Below are positions 15,495 to 24,935 of a stretch of 32,000 nt of DNA, piece after piece; positions within the stretch are counted from its first letter, which is position 1; every line of letters starts with the position of its first letter. The notes beneath the pieces are model-generated. The model ran no database searches, was not told where the DNA came from, and saw only the letters and a list, made by a program, of their open reading frames with translations. The position numbers and the translations under genes are program-made. Source of the DNA: Candidatus Scalindua sp. (lineage in GTDB: Bacteria; Planctomycetota; Brocadiia; Brocadiales; Scalinduaceae); NCBI GenBank assembly GCA_031316235.1, contig JALDRA010000001.1, forward strand, positions 3,600,001-3,632,000, given 5' to 3'.

Positions 15495-16265
15495 ATGTTT
15501 TTGCAATCTAAGCCAGCTGTTAATTTCTCAGCAATGCAATCTGTCTTAAGGTTAACGTACCATGAGTATGTTAATAGGAAAATTTTTATTGTATCGGTCG
15601 CACTTTATAGCCTGGCAATTCTGGTACTCATATTTGAATCTGGTAAGAAGCCCGATTACCTCATTCATCCCTATTTCTTGTCATTTCTCTTTTATTTTTC
15701 GCTGATTTCCTTACTTCTCTCCGGTTTTGATATTGTTCCGAAGATGATAGAAAATGGAAGTGTCGAACTTATACTCTCAAGGCCGATTACAAGAGCACGG
15801 CTGCTTACTTATAATTACATTTCAACGATAGTTATTATCCCGATAGGTACTTTCTTCTTTTTTCTCTTCATATCATTTATTTACTTTGTTAAATCAGGTT
15901 TCTATGACTTTGTTCACATGCGTGTCTTTGCATTCACATTCATTGCATTTGCTGTCTATGCTGCTTCTTTTCTTCCTGCGTCTCTTTTGTTTTATCGGTC
16001 AAATGTGAATTTATTACTATGTATGGTTTTTATTGCATCAAATGCCATACCAAATTTGATGTATTGGCTTACAGCAGGTAATGGAGAAATAGACAGCAAT
16101 TACATTATGGGTTTGCTTTACCTGCTATCACCACGGTTGGTAGAGTTGTGCGGTTTTGCTGTTAAGCCGGGAGCGGGTGCAGGTATCACATACACACATT
16201 CAGTACTGTTTATTTCGGGATGTCTGCTTTCATCCTATGCTATCATGAATCACAGGGATTTCTAA
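15495..16265 (+). CDS. Polytopic membrane protein, probable ABC-2 type permease partner
   Basis: This 256-aa ORF has several hydrophobic segments. An RBS (AAGAGG) lies upstream, and the gene starts 39 nt after the ATPase gene. The permease role is inferred from context. Confidence 0.7.
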   Translation: MFLQSKPAVNFSAMQSVLRLTYHEYVNRKIFIVSVALYSLAILVLIFESGKKPDYLIHPYFLSFLFYFSLISLLLSGFDIVPKMIENGSVELILSRPITRARLLTYNYISTIVIIPIGTFFFFLFISFIYFVKSGFYDFVHMRVFAFTFIAFAVYAASFLPASLLFYRSNVNLLLCMVFIASNAIPNLMYWLTAGNGEIDSNYIMGLLYLLSPRLVELCGFAVKPGAGAGITYTHSVLFISGCLLSSYAIMNHRDF

Positions 16266-16275
16266 AAGTTTTAAA

Positions 16276-16387
16276 TATACTCATCTCATACTGGATTTCG
16301 GATAAAATCCGAGATAAAATTGAGCGAGTATACCTTCACCAGGATTTGGTTTCCGGTAAAACCGAAAACCAAATCGGTTTAAGTATA
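16276..16387 (+). repeat. Structured intergenic repeat, copy 4 (short 112-nt form)
   Basis: Full sequence: TATACTCATCTCATACTGGATTTCGGATAAAATCCGAGATAAAATTGAGCGAGTATACCTTCACCAGGATTTGGTTTCCGGTAAAACCGAAAACCAAATCGGTTTAAGTATA. Confidence 0.9.
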
Positions 16388-16460
16388 TTCAGGGCAGGCT
16401 CTATATCGTTAATCCTGATAGTCATGAATAATTATGGTAAGAAGTAGAGGAAATAAATCA

Positions 16461-17360
16461 ATGAGAGCTTCCATAGATCTGGGAACGAATACCTGCCTTT
16501 TGTTGATTGCAGAAGTTGAGAAGGGGCAGGTTAAAAGGGTAATAGGGGATTATGCTGAAATTGTCCGTCTTGGAGAGAAAGTAGATCAGACCCGGCGGTT
16601 TCAACCAAATGCGATGGGTCGAGCTCTTACCTGTCTTCTGCGCTATAAAACAATACTTGCCGAAGCCGGTATCCTGCCTGGTGACGTAGTATGTGTCGCT
16701 ACAAGTCAGGCAAGGAATGCAAGAAACAGCGATGATTTTTTTTTAAAGGTTCTGGAAGAAACAGGTTTCAGATTCAAGATCATTTCGGCTGCAGACGAGG
16801 CACGATTTACTTTTTACGGTACACTCCTGACCGGAATGGATTCATCCCGCTTTGTTGTAGTTGACCTGGGAGGAGGTAGTACAGAATTTGTAGCTGTTGA
16901 TAGCGGCAGAAGCCTTGAATTGGGTTCCGTACGTTTTACTGAGAGGTACCTTACCTCGGATCCTGTCACGGATGAAGAATTTAACAGATGTATTGATAAA
17001 ATCGACAACAAGCTGGAAGATCTCAAGGGATGGAGAAAAACGCTGTCCGATGATCTTGAGATGATTGCGGTTGCAGGAACAGCAACAACACTTGCTTCAT
17101 GGCACCTTGCACAAGAGGAATTTAATGCTGATGAGATAGAAATGGCTGAACTTACAAAAGGAGATTTTCTTAACATGGTGAAAGTTCTTAAAATTCACAC
17201 TGTTTCAGAAAGGTTGGAGTTGTTGGGTATAGAACAGGGACGTGCAGATGTTATCCTTGCAGGGGCTATGATTTTTTGGAGGGCTATGGAGAAACTTGGC
17301 TTTTCAGGTTGTAGAATCAGTCCAAGAGGTTTAAGGTATGGAGTGTTCGTAACAATCTAG
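16461..17360 (+). CDS. Ppx/GppA-family phosphatase (actin-like ATPase fold only)
   Basis: It has the family motifs IDLGTNTCLLLIAEV and VVDLGGGSTEF. I prefer ATG 16461, which has GAGGAA 8 nt upstream, over the ORF-track start at 16434, which has no RBS. Confidence 0.85.
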   Translation: MRASIDLGTNTCLLLIAEVEKGQVKRVIGDYAEIVRLGEKVDQTRRFQPNAMGRALTCLLRYKTILAEAGILPGDVVCVATSQARNARNSDDFFLKVLEETGFRFKIISAADEARFTFYGTLLTGMDSSRFVVVDLGGGSTEFVAVDSGRSLELGSVRFTERYLTSDPVTDEEFNRCIDKIDNKLEDLKGWRKTLSDDLEMIAVAGTATTLASWHLAQEEFNADEIEMAELTKGDFLNMVKVLKIHTVSERLELLGIEQGRADVILAGAMIFWRAMEKLGFSGCRISPRGLRYGVFVTI

Positions 17361-17432
17361 CAGTAAAATTTTTTCAAAGTTCGTCGAAAATAAGAAACAT
17401 AAAACTTGTCTGGATGGGTTTCGATAAGATTG

Positions 17433-17468
17433 TGAGGTTCTTTATTCTTATTGAACCTCATTTTGTTC
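17433..17468 (+). terminator. Intrinsic terminator candidate downstream of the Ppx/GppA gene
   Basis: TGAGGTTC (17433-17440) pairs with GAACCTCA (17453-17460) around a 12-nt loop and is followed by TTTTGTTC. Confidence 0.5.
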
Positions 17469-17501
17469 AGAAAGTATCAGGGATATAAAACAAAAATATC
17501 A

Positions 17502-17530
17502 TTGTTTGCCGCTATAATTTAGGATATAAT
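17502..17530 (+). promoter_or_regulatory. Sigma-70-like promoter candidate for the 17590 gene
   Basis: It has a -35 TTGTTT (17502-17507), a 17-nt spacer and a -10 TATAAT (17525-17530). It lies about 60 nt upstream of the ATG. Confidence 0.35.
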
Positions 17531-17589
17531 TTGCTTTTGAACTTATTTTATTCTTGATAGTTTATCACTTAAACGTAATGTAAATAAAA

Positions 17590-18414
17590 ATGATTAAAAA
17601 CTACCTTTTTACAGGACTCCTCTCTCTCTCCTCTCTCCTCGTGCCAGTCTCTATCTATGGGTTTGACAATCCATCTCATACGGATTTAATTAAATCTATA
17701 CAGGTGGATAAAAAACAAGTGATCAATGATGTATATTCACTTGTCGATGAAGAAAATGTTAAGCTGTTTAATCAAAATAACAGCGAAATGGATAAATTGC
17801 TTGAAGAACTTTTTACTGTCACGATTCCCAGATCAAAACTTGAGCAGTTTTATACAATGCTGTTTTATATTTCGAAATATGCTACGATCGAAAAAGATGA
17901 GATTAAGATTGATCGTGATTCGACGATCAGGCTATTAATTTCAAGCAGAGTTTTCAGTGATCCGGAATTTCCCAGACGAATTACGCATATCTATTTATCC
18001 AGGATAATCAGAGAAAAACCATATTATAAAGTTTCATTTGATAGCGACCAAATAGAGCTGAAATTGAATAGGGGAGATGGATACCGTATTTCCAGAGAGG
18101 GAATGCACCAGGAGGCAAAATCGCTTGTTTTTTACGGATCATTCTCTTTCAGACTGAGAAAACAGGAAGAGAATGTCGAAGCCTTTGATTTTGAAGATGT
18201 TGACCTTTATGGTTCTTTTGGTTCTCGTGGTTTTATAAATGTTGACATTAATTATGTTGCAATTAAGTCTGTTGAATTTCATAAAGGAACTGAGATGGCA
18301 CTGGTGAAGGCAAAGGTTTCTAGAAAAGAATTTGAAATAAACGAACACACCTGGCTTCTTGGTCTCGTATCGAGATTCGTTAACGATAAGTCTTTGCAAC
18401 CGATTGACTGGTAA
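17590..18414 (+). CDS. Hypothetical secreted protein
   Basis: This 274-aa ORF has an N-terminal signal-like segment (MIKNYLFTGLLSLSSLLVPVSIYG). I recognise no family motif. Confidence 0.6.
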   Translation: MIKNYLFTGLLSLSSLLVPVSIYGFDNPSHTDLIKSIQVDKKQVINDVYSLVDEENVKLFNQNNSEMDKLLEELFTVTIPRSKLEQFYTMLFYISKYATIEKDEIKIDRDSTIRLLISSRVFSDPEFPRRITHIYLSRIIREKPYYKVSFDSDQIELKLNRGDGYRISREGMHQEAKSLVFYGSFSFRLRKQEENVEAFDFEDVDLYGSFGSRGFINVDINYVAIKSVEFHKGTEMALVKAKVSRKEFEINEHTWLLGLVSRFVNDKSLQPIDW

Positions 18415-18689
18415 GTCCTGCCTATACTGAAACCAACCATTGGTTACAGTGTTTTCTTGCACACAGTTTCTCCTTGAGTTATTATAGCTTCAGAATTGAA
18501 TGAAATTGTTAGATGTCTAATAATTTTTTTGTGTTCTCTGTATAATAGCTTCTGAATGCCGAACTCACCTTCTGCAGATGTGATTATCGCCAGCAACCTT
18601 TGACAAGTTTTTTTATATAATAAAAAATAATGAAAAAACACCTTGAATATTTTTTATTTTAATAAATTGTTTCTGAAAGGATTGTAACC

Positions 18690-19340
18690 ATGAATATTAA
18701 TGAGTTAGAGGAGGGAATAACAAATGCGATAAAAGCTTCGACCGGTGAAGTTTTCACATCAATGCTTATGATGGAAGTAAAGGCGGAAGATTCGTTTGTA
18801 AGAGATGAAAAAAATGTCAGTACAGATTTGATTTCTTCACTTCATTTTTTTGGTGAAAACTATATGGGCAAGATTGCCGTTTTTTCATCCGGTGCCGTGG
18901 CATGCCATATTGCTAATGCGATGCTGGGGAGTGATACAAAAGAGGTGAATAGTGAAATCAAAGATGGTATGGGAGAAATTGTCAACATGATTGCCGGAAG
19001 TGCAAAGGTAAAGTTGTTCGATGCGCTTGGTGATATTCACCTGTTAACCCCCTGGGTAATAGCAGGTAGGCATCTGACCATTACCTCTTCAGACAGAAAT
19101 GGTAGTGGAGAACTTGATTTGGCGCTCGACGCGCAAGCGCAATTTTCCTGGGTAATGACAAAATTTACGTTTGAACATGGCTCATTTATGGTTGGAGTAC
19201 AACCAAATGCCGTTCCGGAGGAAAACAAAAATTCTCATGGAAATAAATTTGAGTATTTACAGGAAGAAAATAGAAGATTGAAAAAAGAAATAGAACAGCT
19301 TCAATTGCAGTTAGTTAACCCGAAAGTTTTTCCTGTTTAA
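18690..19340 (+). CDS. CheX-like domain protein with a C-terminal coiled-coil tail
   Basis: This 216-aa ORF has EVFTSMLMMEV and GEIVNMIAGSAK patterns typical of CheX/CheC-like phosphatase folds. The C-terminus (EYLQEENRRLKKEIEQLQLQL) has a heptad-like pattern. An RBS (AAGGA) lies upstream. Confidence 0.6.
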   Translation: MNINELEEGITNAIKASTGEVFTSMLMMEVKAEDSFVRDEKNVSTDLISSLHFFGENYMGKIAVFSSGAVACHIANAMLGSDTKEVNSEIKDGMGEIVNMIAGSAKVKLFDALGDIHLLTPWVIAGRHLTITSSDRNGSGELDLALDAQAQFSWVMTKFTFEHGSFMVGVQPNAVPEENKNSHGNKFEYLQEENRRLKKEIEQLQLQLVNPKVFPV

Positions 19341-19484
19341 TATAGTAACAGCATGAGGCAACTGGTTTATTGATATAAAAATCACCTATACCGAAAAGTA
19401 TACTCATGTTAATGTACCGGATATGTAAGGAATTATTACACCAACACAAGCAGCTGGACTGATTCGACACCAGCATAAACAGTT

Positions 19485-21122
19485 ATGAATAATTTTGGTA
19501 CAATCAGTGGTTATCTTATTAAGAAGTTATCTGGACATGGAGTGCGTCATGTATTTGGCGTACCCGGTGACTATGTACTGCGTTTCTTCCATGAACTGCA
19601 ATGTAGCCCGCTGCGGGTAATAAATACTTGTGACGAACAGGGAGCGGGCTTTGCGGCTGATGCTTATGCCAGAATCTCTGGTATGGGGGCAGTCTGTATT
19701 ACCTATTGTGTCGGTGGGCTAAAGGTAGCGAATACAACCGCTCAGGCTTTTGCAGAAAAATCCCCTGTGATTGTGATAAGCGGGGCTCCGGGTATTAATG
19801 AACGCTTGAAGTCTCCTCTCTTGCATCACAAGGTTCGAGATTTTAATACACAGTTGAAGGTTTTTGAACAACTTACGGTTGCCTCAACGGTGCTTGACAA
19901 TCCACAAACTGCTTGTCGTGAGATCGATCGTGTTTTCCATGCAGCCTTGCGATATAAAAGGCCAGTTTATATCGAGCTTCCTCGCGATATGGTTTCAGCA
20001 CCCGTCTCACTGGATACCATTCCTGAGGAGAAACTTGAGTCGAGTGACAGCAATACACTCAATGAAGCCTTGTGTGAAGCGGGCAAAATGATTAACTCCT
20101 CAAAAAGGCCTGTCATAATCGCCGGTATAGAGCTGCATCGCTTTGGTCTCCAGAAGGAGCTGCTGGAACTGATTGAAAATACCCAACTGCCTGTTGTGTC
20201 AACACTTCTCAGCAAGTCCGTCATTAGTGAACATCACCCTCTCTACCTTGGGGTTTATGGAGGGGCTATGGGACGTGAAGAGGTAATAGATTACGTTGAG
20301 ACCAGCGACTGCCTGATTTTACTTGGTACGTTTATGACAGACATCAACCTTGGGATCTTCACTGCACATCTTGATCAGGGGCGCTCTCTCTCTGTTACGA
20401 GTGAGAAGATCTCCATACAGTATCATTCATACGAAAATATACGTATGGAAGATTTCATCAGAGGACTTTTACAGATAAATATTTGTCGCCGCAAAGAGAA
20501 AAATACCGTGCATCCTCCACGCCTTTTACCGCCTCGCTCCGTTCCCGGGAAAAAAATCACCATACGCTATTTGTATCAACGCCTCAATTCATTTCTTGAA
20601 AAAGACATGGTTGTTATAGCAGACACGGGTGATGCAATGTTTGCTGCTATGGACATGACAATCCATAAAGAAACTGAGTTCCTGTCACCTGCATACTATG
20701 CTTCATTAGGATTTGCAGTACCGGCGAGCCTGGGTGTTCAGATGGCCAGACCGGAATTACGACCTTTGGTGCTGGTAGGTGACGGTGCTTTTCAGATGTC
20801 AGGTATGGAATTGTCAACAATAGCAAGATTTCATCTCAATCCGATTGTTGTAATACTGAATAATCGAGGTTATGGGACGGAAAGGTACATGCTCGATGGA
20901 CCTTTTAACGATATTGCTACCTGGGAATACAGCCGTATACCTGAAATCCTGAAAAGTGGTAAAGGGTTTGATATAAAGAGTGAAGATCAGTTAGAGAATG
21001 CCTTACATGATATTCGTAATTACACTGAGAGTTTTTGTATTCTTGATGTTCATTTAGATCAGGAAGACTGTTCTGTTGCTCTTCAACGCATGACGAATGC
21101 ATTGGGAAAACGAACGCAATGA
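19485..21122 (+). CDS. Thiamine-diphosphate-dependent 2-keto-acid decarboxylase (indolepyruvate/pyruvate decarboxylase family)
   Basis: This 545-aa ORF has an N-terminal GVRHVFGVPGDYVLRFF and the TPP-binding motif GDGAFQMSGMELST...LNNRGY. Confidence 0.85.
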   Translation: MNNFGTISGYLIKKLSGHGVRHVFGVPGDYVLRFFHELQCSPLRVINTCDEQGAGFAADAYARISGMGAVCITYCVGGLKVANTTAQAFAEKSPVIVISGAPGINERLKSPLLHHKVRDFNTQLKVFEQLTVASTVLDNPQTACREIDRVFHAALRYKRPVYIELPRDMVSAPVSLDTIPEEKLESSDSNTLNEALCEAGKMINSSKRPVIIAGIELHRFGLQKELLELIENTQLPVVSTLLSKSVISEHHPLYLGVYGGAMGREEVIDYVETSDCLILLGTFMTDINLGIFTAHLDQGRSLSVTSEKISIQYHSYENIRMEDFIRGLLQINICRRKEKNTVHPPRLLPPRSVPGKKITIRYLYQRLNSFLEKDMVVIADTGDAMFAAMDMTIHKETEFLSPAYYASLGFAVPASLGVQMARPELRPLVLVGDGAFQMSGMELSTIARFHLNPIVVILNNRGYGTERYMLDGPFNDIATWEYSRIPEILKSGKGFDIKSEDQLENALHDIRNYTESFCILDVHLDQEDCSVALQRMTNALGKRTQ

Positions 21123-21206
21123 AAAGTCGTGACATGGGAGAGACTCATCATTTTTTGGTTCTGGTCCGATCAGGTCGGGCCATATATTTTTAAAAAACCT
21201 TTATGA

Positions 21207-21425
21207 CAAAAAAAACTCGCAGACCTTATTACACAAAATTTTGAAGGGTTGCATGAGAAAAGCGGATTACCCCGAGACATGATTGGTAATTTGCATGGGA
21301 ATAACCTTGAGATTGTCTGTCTTGCATGCGTCATTGTTATTCAATCCGAAAATATCCTTGCTGATTTGAATCTTGAAAGAGTGACGGTTATGCCGATTTT
21401 GTTATCCATCAAAAGATGGGAGTGA
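21207..21425 (+). pseudogene. Remnant of a Sir2-family NAD-dependent protein deacylase
   Basis: This Met-less open frame reads QKKLADLITQNFEGLHEKSGLPRDMIGNLHGNNLEIVCLAC... It matches the Sir2 core LITQNIDGLH...(E)LHG....C..C. Only about 70 codons remain, and both the N-terminal Rossmann part and the second Cys pair are missing. Confidence 0.6.
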
Positions 21426-21481
21426 TTTCACAACTGATTACATGCCACTGAACCCTAAATGGGAACTTTGTTTATTTATTG

Positions 21482-21509
21482 TTGTTCGAAAAATTTTTTA
21501 GTATATAAT
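21482..21509 (+). promoter_or_regulatory. Sigma-70-like promoter candidate for murA
   Basis: It has a -35 TTGTTC (21482-21487), a 16-nt spacer and a -10 TATAAT (21504-21509). It lies 39 nt upstream of the murA ATG. Confidence 0.35.
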
Positions 21510-21547
21510 TCACGGCAATTGATCGGGCCTATTCTAAAAACTGAACA

Positions 21548-22846
21548 ATGGAAAAAATGGTCATTGAGGGGGGATACCCTTTACAGGGCAGCACAAGAAT
21601 AAATGGTGCGAAAAATGCTGCATTACCAATTATGGCTGCCTGTCTGCTGCTGAACGGGACATCTCGGATAAAAGGGATTCCTGATCTCACTGATGTGAAG
21701 ACACTTTGTCAGATTCTTAACAATTTAGGAGTCAAGACTGAAAGATGTGATGACCATACACTTGAAATAACAGTTCAGGATGACATAAACGTGACAGCGC
21801 CTTATGACCTTGTCCGTAGAATGAGAGCATCAATTTGCGTTCTCGGCCCTTTGCTGGGTAAAAGGGGGGCAGCCAAAGTATCTATTCCTGGTGGATGTTC
21901 AATAGGACCAAGACCGATCGATCTTCATATCAAGGGCATTAAGGCTCTCGGCGCAAAAGTTGAGATGGAGGACGGATATGTCATTGCAACAGGAAAAAGG
22001 TTGAAGGGGAATACGGTATATCTTGGTGGCACAAACGGATCGAGCGTCCTTGGTACTTGTAACATTATGATGGCGGCAACATTAGGTGAGGGAAGAACTG
22101 TTATTACTAATGCTGCCTGTGAGCCGGAAGTGCAGGATCTTGCCAATTTCCTTAATAAAGCTGGAGCAAGGATAACGGGTATAGGCGAAAAAAACCTGAT
22201 AATTGACGGAGTTGATGAACTGCATGGTACTGATTACGAAATAATTCCTGACCGGATTGAAGCGGGGACCTTAATGATAGCTGCCGCTATTACGGGGGGG
22301 AGAGTGGTGTTGGAAAATATTGTACCTAATCATTTAACTTCCGTTATTGACAAATTGGAAGAGATTGGTGTCAACATTCAAATTTGTGCGGTGAATGAGG
22401 AAAATTCTGTTGGTGACAAGACTACTGAATGTATCGTGGAAGGCACCAGGGATTTTCGGGCTGTAAATATTACGGCATTACCCTATCCCGGGATTCCAAC
22501 TGATATGCAGGCCCAATTTACGGCTCTCTTGAGCATAGTTAAAGGTGTAAGCATAATAACGGAAAAAGTATTTCCCCATAGGTTCGTACACGTTGCAGAA
22601 CTCAATAGAATGGGCGCTAGTATCCGGAACGATGATGCTATTTCGATTATCACCGGTGTTCCTTCACTTTCAGGGACAACAGTGATGGCGTCTGACTTAA
22701 GGGCAAGTGCTTCTCTTGTAATTGCAGGATTGGTAGCTAGAGGAGTTACAGAAATCAGGCGATTGTATCACATTGATAGGGGATATGAAAAGATTGAAGA
22801 ACGTCTTACGGGTTTGGGTGCAAAAATGTGGAGAGAAAAAGAGTGA
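21548..22846 (+). CDS. murA: UDP-N-acetylglucosamine 1-carboxyvinyltransferase
   Basis: This 432-aa ORF has an N-terminal INGAKNAALPIMAACLL and the active-site region PGGCSIGPRPIDLH. The EPSP-synthase-fold pattern runs throughout. Confidence 0.95.
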   Translation: MEKMVIEGGYPLQGSTRINGAKNAALPIMAACLLLNGTSRIKGIPDLTDVKTLCQILNNLGVKTERCDDHTLEITVQDDINVTAPYDLVRRMRASICVLGPLLGKRGAAKVSIPGGCSIGPRPIDLHIKGIKALGAKVEMEDGYVIATGKRLKGNTVYLGGTNGSSVLGTCNIMMAATLGEGRTVITNAACEPEVQDLANFLNKAGARITGIGEKNLIIDGVDELHGTDYEIIPDRIEAGTLMIAAAITGGRVVLENIVPNHLTSVIDKLEEIGVNIQICAVNEENSVGDKTTECIVEGTRDFRAVNITALPYPGIPTDMQAQFTALLSIVKGVSIITEKVFPHRFVHVAELNRMGASIRNDDAISIITGVPSLSGTTVMASDLRASASLVIAGLVARGVTEIRRLYHIDRGYEKIEERLTGLGAKMWREKE

Positions 22847-22857
22847 AATATTTTCAG

Positions 22858-22885
22858 TTGAACATTTATCTTATTTGTACATAAT
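22858..22885 (+). promoter_or_regulatory. Sigma-70-like promoter candidate for ffh
   Basis: It has a -35 TTGAAC (22858-22863), a 16-nt spacer and a -10 CATAAT (22880-22885). Confidence 0.3.
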
Positions 22886-22998
22886 AGGTACTGAACAACG
22901 CGGATCTGAGAGGAAAGAGTATTCCGAGACCTTTTACTGCCAGTTGTTTAGAGTATTTTCAGAACGTATTTTTCAGTAAACAATTAACCAGCTAAAAA

Positions 22999-24387
22999 AT
23001 GTTTGAATCTATTACAGGCAGTCTTGATACTATATTCAATAAACTTCGCGGCAAGGGGAGATTAACAGAAGAGAATATAAAAGAAGGATTGCGTGAAGTA
23101 AGGGTTGCGCTTCTTGAAGCAGATACAAATTATATAGTCGTCAGGGATTTTATCCAAAAGGTTACTGATCGAGCCGTAGGAGATGATGTTATACGGAGTG
23201 TGACTCCGGGACAACAAATAGTAAAAATAGTTCATGATGAGATGATAAACCTGATGGGCTCAGGAGATTCTGCTATACCGTATGTAGACGGTGGCATTAC
23301 GATCTTAATGCTTGTGGGGTTACAGGGAAGTGGTAAGACTACGACATCCGGAAAACTTGCAAACTACATTATGTCAAAAGGCAGAAGACCACTTCTTGTG
23401 GCCGCCGACGTGCAGAGGCCTGCAGCAATTGAACAGCTACAGGTTCTTGGTAAACAGCTCAGTATCCCGGTTTTTTCAGAGAAAGGTATGACTCCCGTTA
23501 AGATATGCAGCGGGTCTGTGAAATTTGCAAAGGCAAACAACCATGACGTGATTATCCTTGACACTGCAGGCCGGTTGCATATAGATGAAGAGTTAATGCT
23601 GGAATTAAACGATATTAACAACAAGATTAAACCGACTCAGATTTATTTTGTATGTGATGCTATGACAGGTCAGGATGCGGTCAACAGCGCGAAGGAATTT
23701 AATTTGCAATTGGGTTTAGATGGTGTGATATTAACAAAGTTGGATGGAGATACAAGAGGTGGTGCGGCATTATCTATCAGAGCTGTTACCGGCAAACCCA
23801 TAAAGTTTGTCGGTGTAGGAGAAAAGCTTGATAAACTGGAAGAATTTCATCCTGACCGCATGACATCAAGGATTCTGGGAATGGGTGATGTTGTATCATT
23901 AGTTGAAAAAGCTCAGAAGGTAATTGATGAGGAGGATGCTGCAAAATTAGGAAAAAAGATAAAGGATGGGTCCTTAACTCTTGATGATTTTCTTAAACAA
24001 TTACAACAAATCAGGCGGATGGGTCCTTTGAAAGATATCATGGGCATGATTCCCGGATTAGGGAAAAAAATGAAGGGTATGCAGGTTGATGAAAAGCAGA
24101 TGCAGAATGTTGAAGCTATTATTCATTCTATGACACGGTATGAACGAATGCAGCCTGATATTATTGAAGGTAATAGGAGAAATAGGATTGCGGCTGGTAG
24201 CGGAACAAATGTGGTTGATGTAAGCCAACTGCTGAAACAGTTTAAACAGATGAAAAAAATGTTTAAACATTTTGGCGGAGATGGTGGGAATATGATGTCT
24301 CCCGATGGAATGTCACCTCATGATGCGATGAAAATGAACAGAAAGCTAAGGAGCAAACGGAAGAAAGTGAAAAGGAAAAAAAGATAA
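22999..24387 (+). CDS. ffh: Signal recognition particle protein Ffh
   Basis: This 462-aa ORF has the NG-domain motifs GLQGSGKTTT, DTAGRL and TKLDGDTRGG. It has a Met-rich M domain and a basic C-terminal tail. Confidence 0.95.
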   Translation: MFESITGSLDTIFNKLRGKGRLTEENIKEGLREVRVALLEADTNYIVVRDFIQKVTDRAVGDDVIRSVTPGQQIVKIVHDEMINLMGSGDSAIPYVDGGITILMLVGLQGSGKTTTSGKLANYIMSKGRRPLLVAADVQRPAAIEQLQVLGKQLSIPVFSEKGMTPVKICSGSVKFAKANNHDVIILDTAGRLHIDEELMLELNDINNKIKPTQIYFVCDAMTGQDAVNSAKEFNLQLGLDGVILTKLDGDTRGGAALSIRAVTGKPIKFVGVGEKLDKLEEFHPDRMTSRILGMGDVVSLVEKAQKVIDEEDAAKLGKKIKDGSLTLDDFLKQLQQIRRMGPLKDIMGMIPGLGKKMKGMQVDEKQMQNVEAIIHSMTRYERMQPDIIEGNRRNRIAAGSGTNVVDVSQLLKQFKQMKKMFKHFGGDGGNMMSPDGMSPHDAMKMNRKLRSKRKKVKRKKR

Positions 24388-24456
24388 ATGTGATACAGAA
24401 GAAGCATGTGTGATTCTTGAAAAAGTAATTTATTAATCAAAGATAGGAGATTTTGT

Positions 24457-24711
24457 ATGGCAGTAAAGATAAGATTGAAGAAAATGGGAAGAAAGGGTAG
24501 ACCATTTTATAGGATTTGTGCTTTTGATGCTCGTGAAGAGCGTGATGGGAGGAGCATCGAGCAGCTTGGGACGTACGATCCGATGGAAAAGGAAGAGGCA
24601 AATAAAGTATCGCTGAAAAAGGAAAGAGTTGAATATTGGATCAGTGTGGGTGCAATACCTTCTGAAACAGTGGCCAGTATCCTTAAAAAAAATGGCATTG
24701 CATTCAGGTAA
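24457..24711 (+). CDS. rpsP: 30S ribosomal protein S16
   Basis: This 84-aa ORF begins MAVKIRLKKMGRKGRPFYRI... An RBS (AGGAG) lies upstream. Confidence 0.95.
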   Translation: MAVKIRLKKMGRKGRPFYRICAFDAREERDGRSIEQLGTYDPMEKEEANKVSLKKERVEYWISVGAIPSETVASILKKNGIAFR

Positions 24712-24796
24712 TAACTTGCCCATTCTGGTAGTTTACTTGATCTGTTTCGCTTAAGTGTAGAGTGTGAAGTTTCAGGACAAAGCTTGAAAATTCTTA

Positions 24797-24935
24797 TATA
24801 CTGAAATCGATTTGGTTTTCGGTTTTACCGGAAACCAAATCCTGGTGAAGGTATCCCCGGACAAAAAGCGCCGAGGACTTTACTCGCTTAATTTTATCTC
24901 GGATTTTATCCGAAATCCAGTATGAGATGAGTATA
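24797..24935 (-). repeat. Structured intergenic repeat, copy 5 (long 139-nt form, inverted)
   Basis: The reverse complement reads TATACTCATCTCATACTGGATTTCGGATAAAATCCGAGATAAAATTAAGCGAGTAAAGTCCTCGGCGCTTTTTGTCCGGGGATACCTTCACCAGGATTTGGTTTCCGGTAAAACCGAAAACCAAATCGATTTCAGTATA. Confidence 0.9.
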
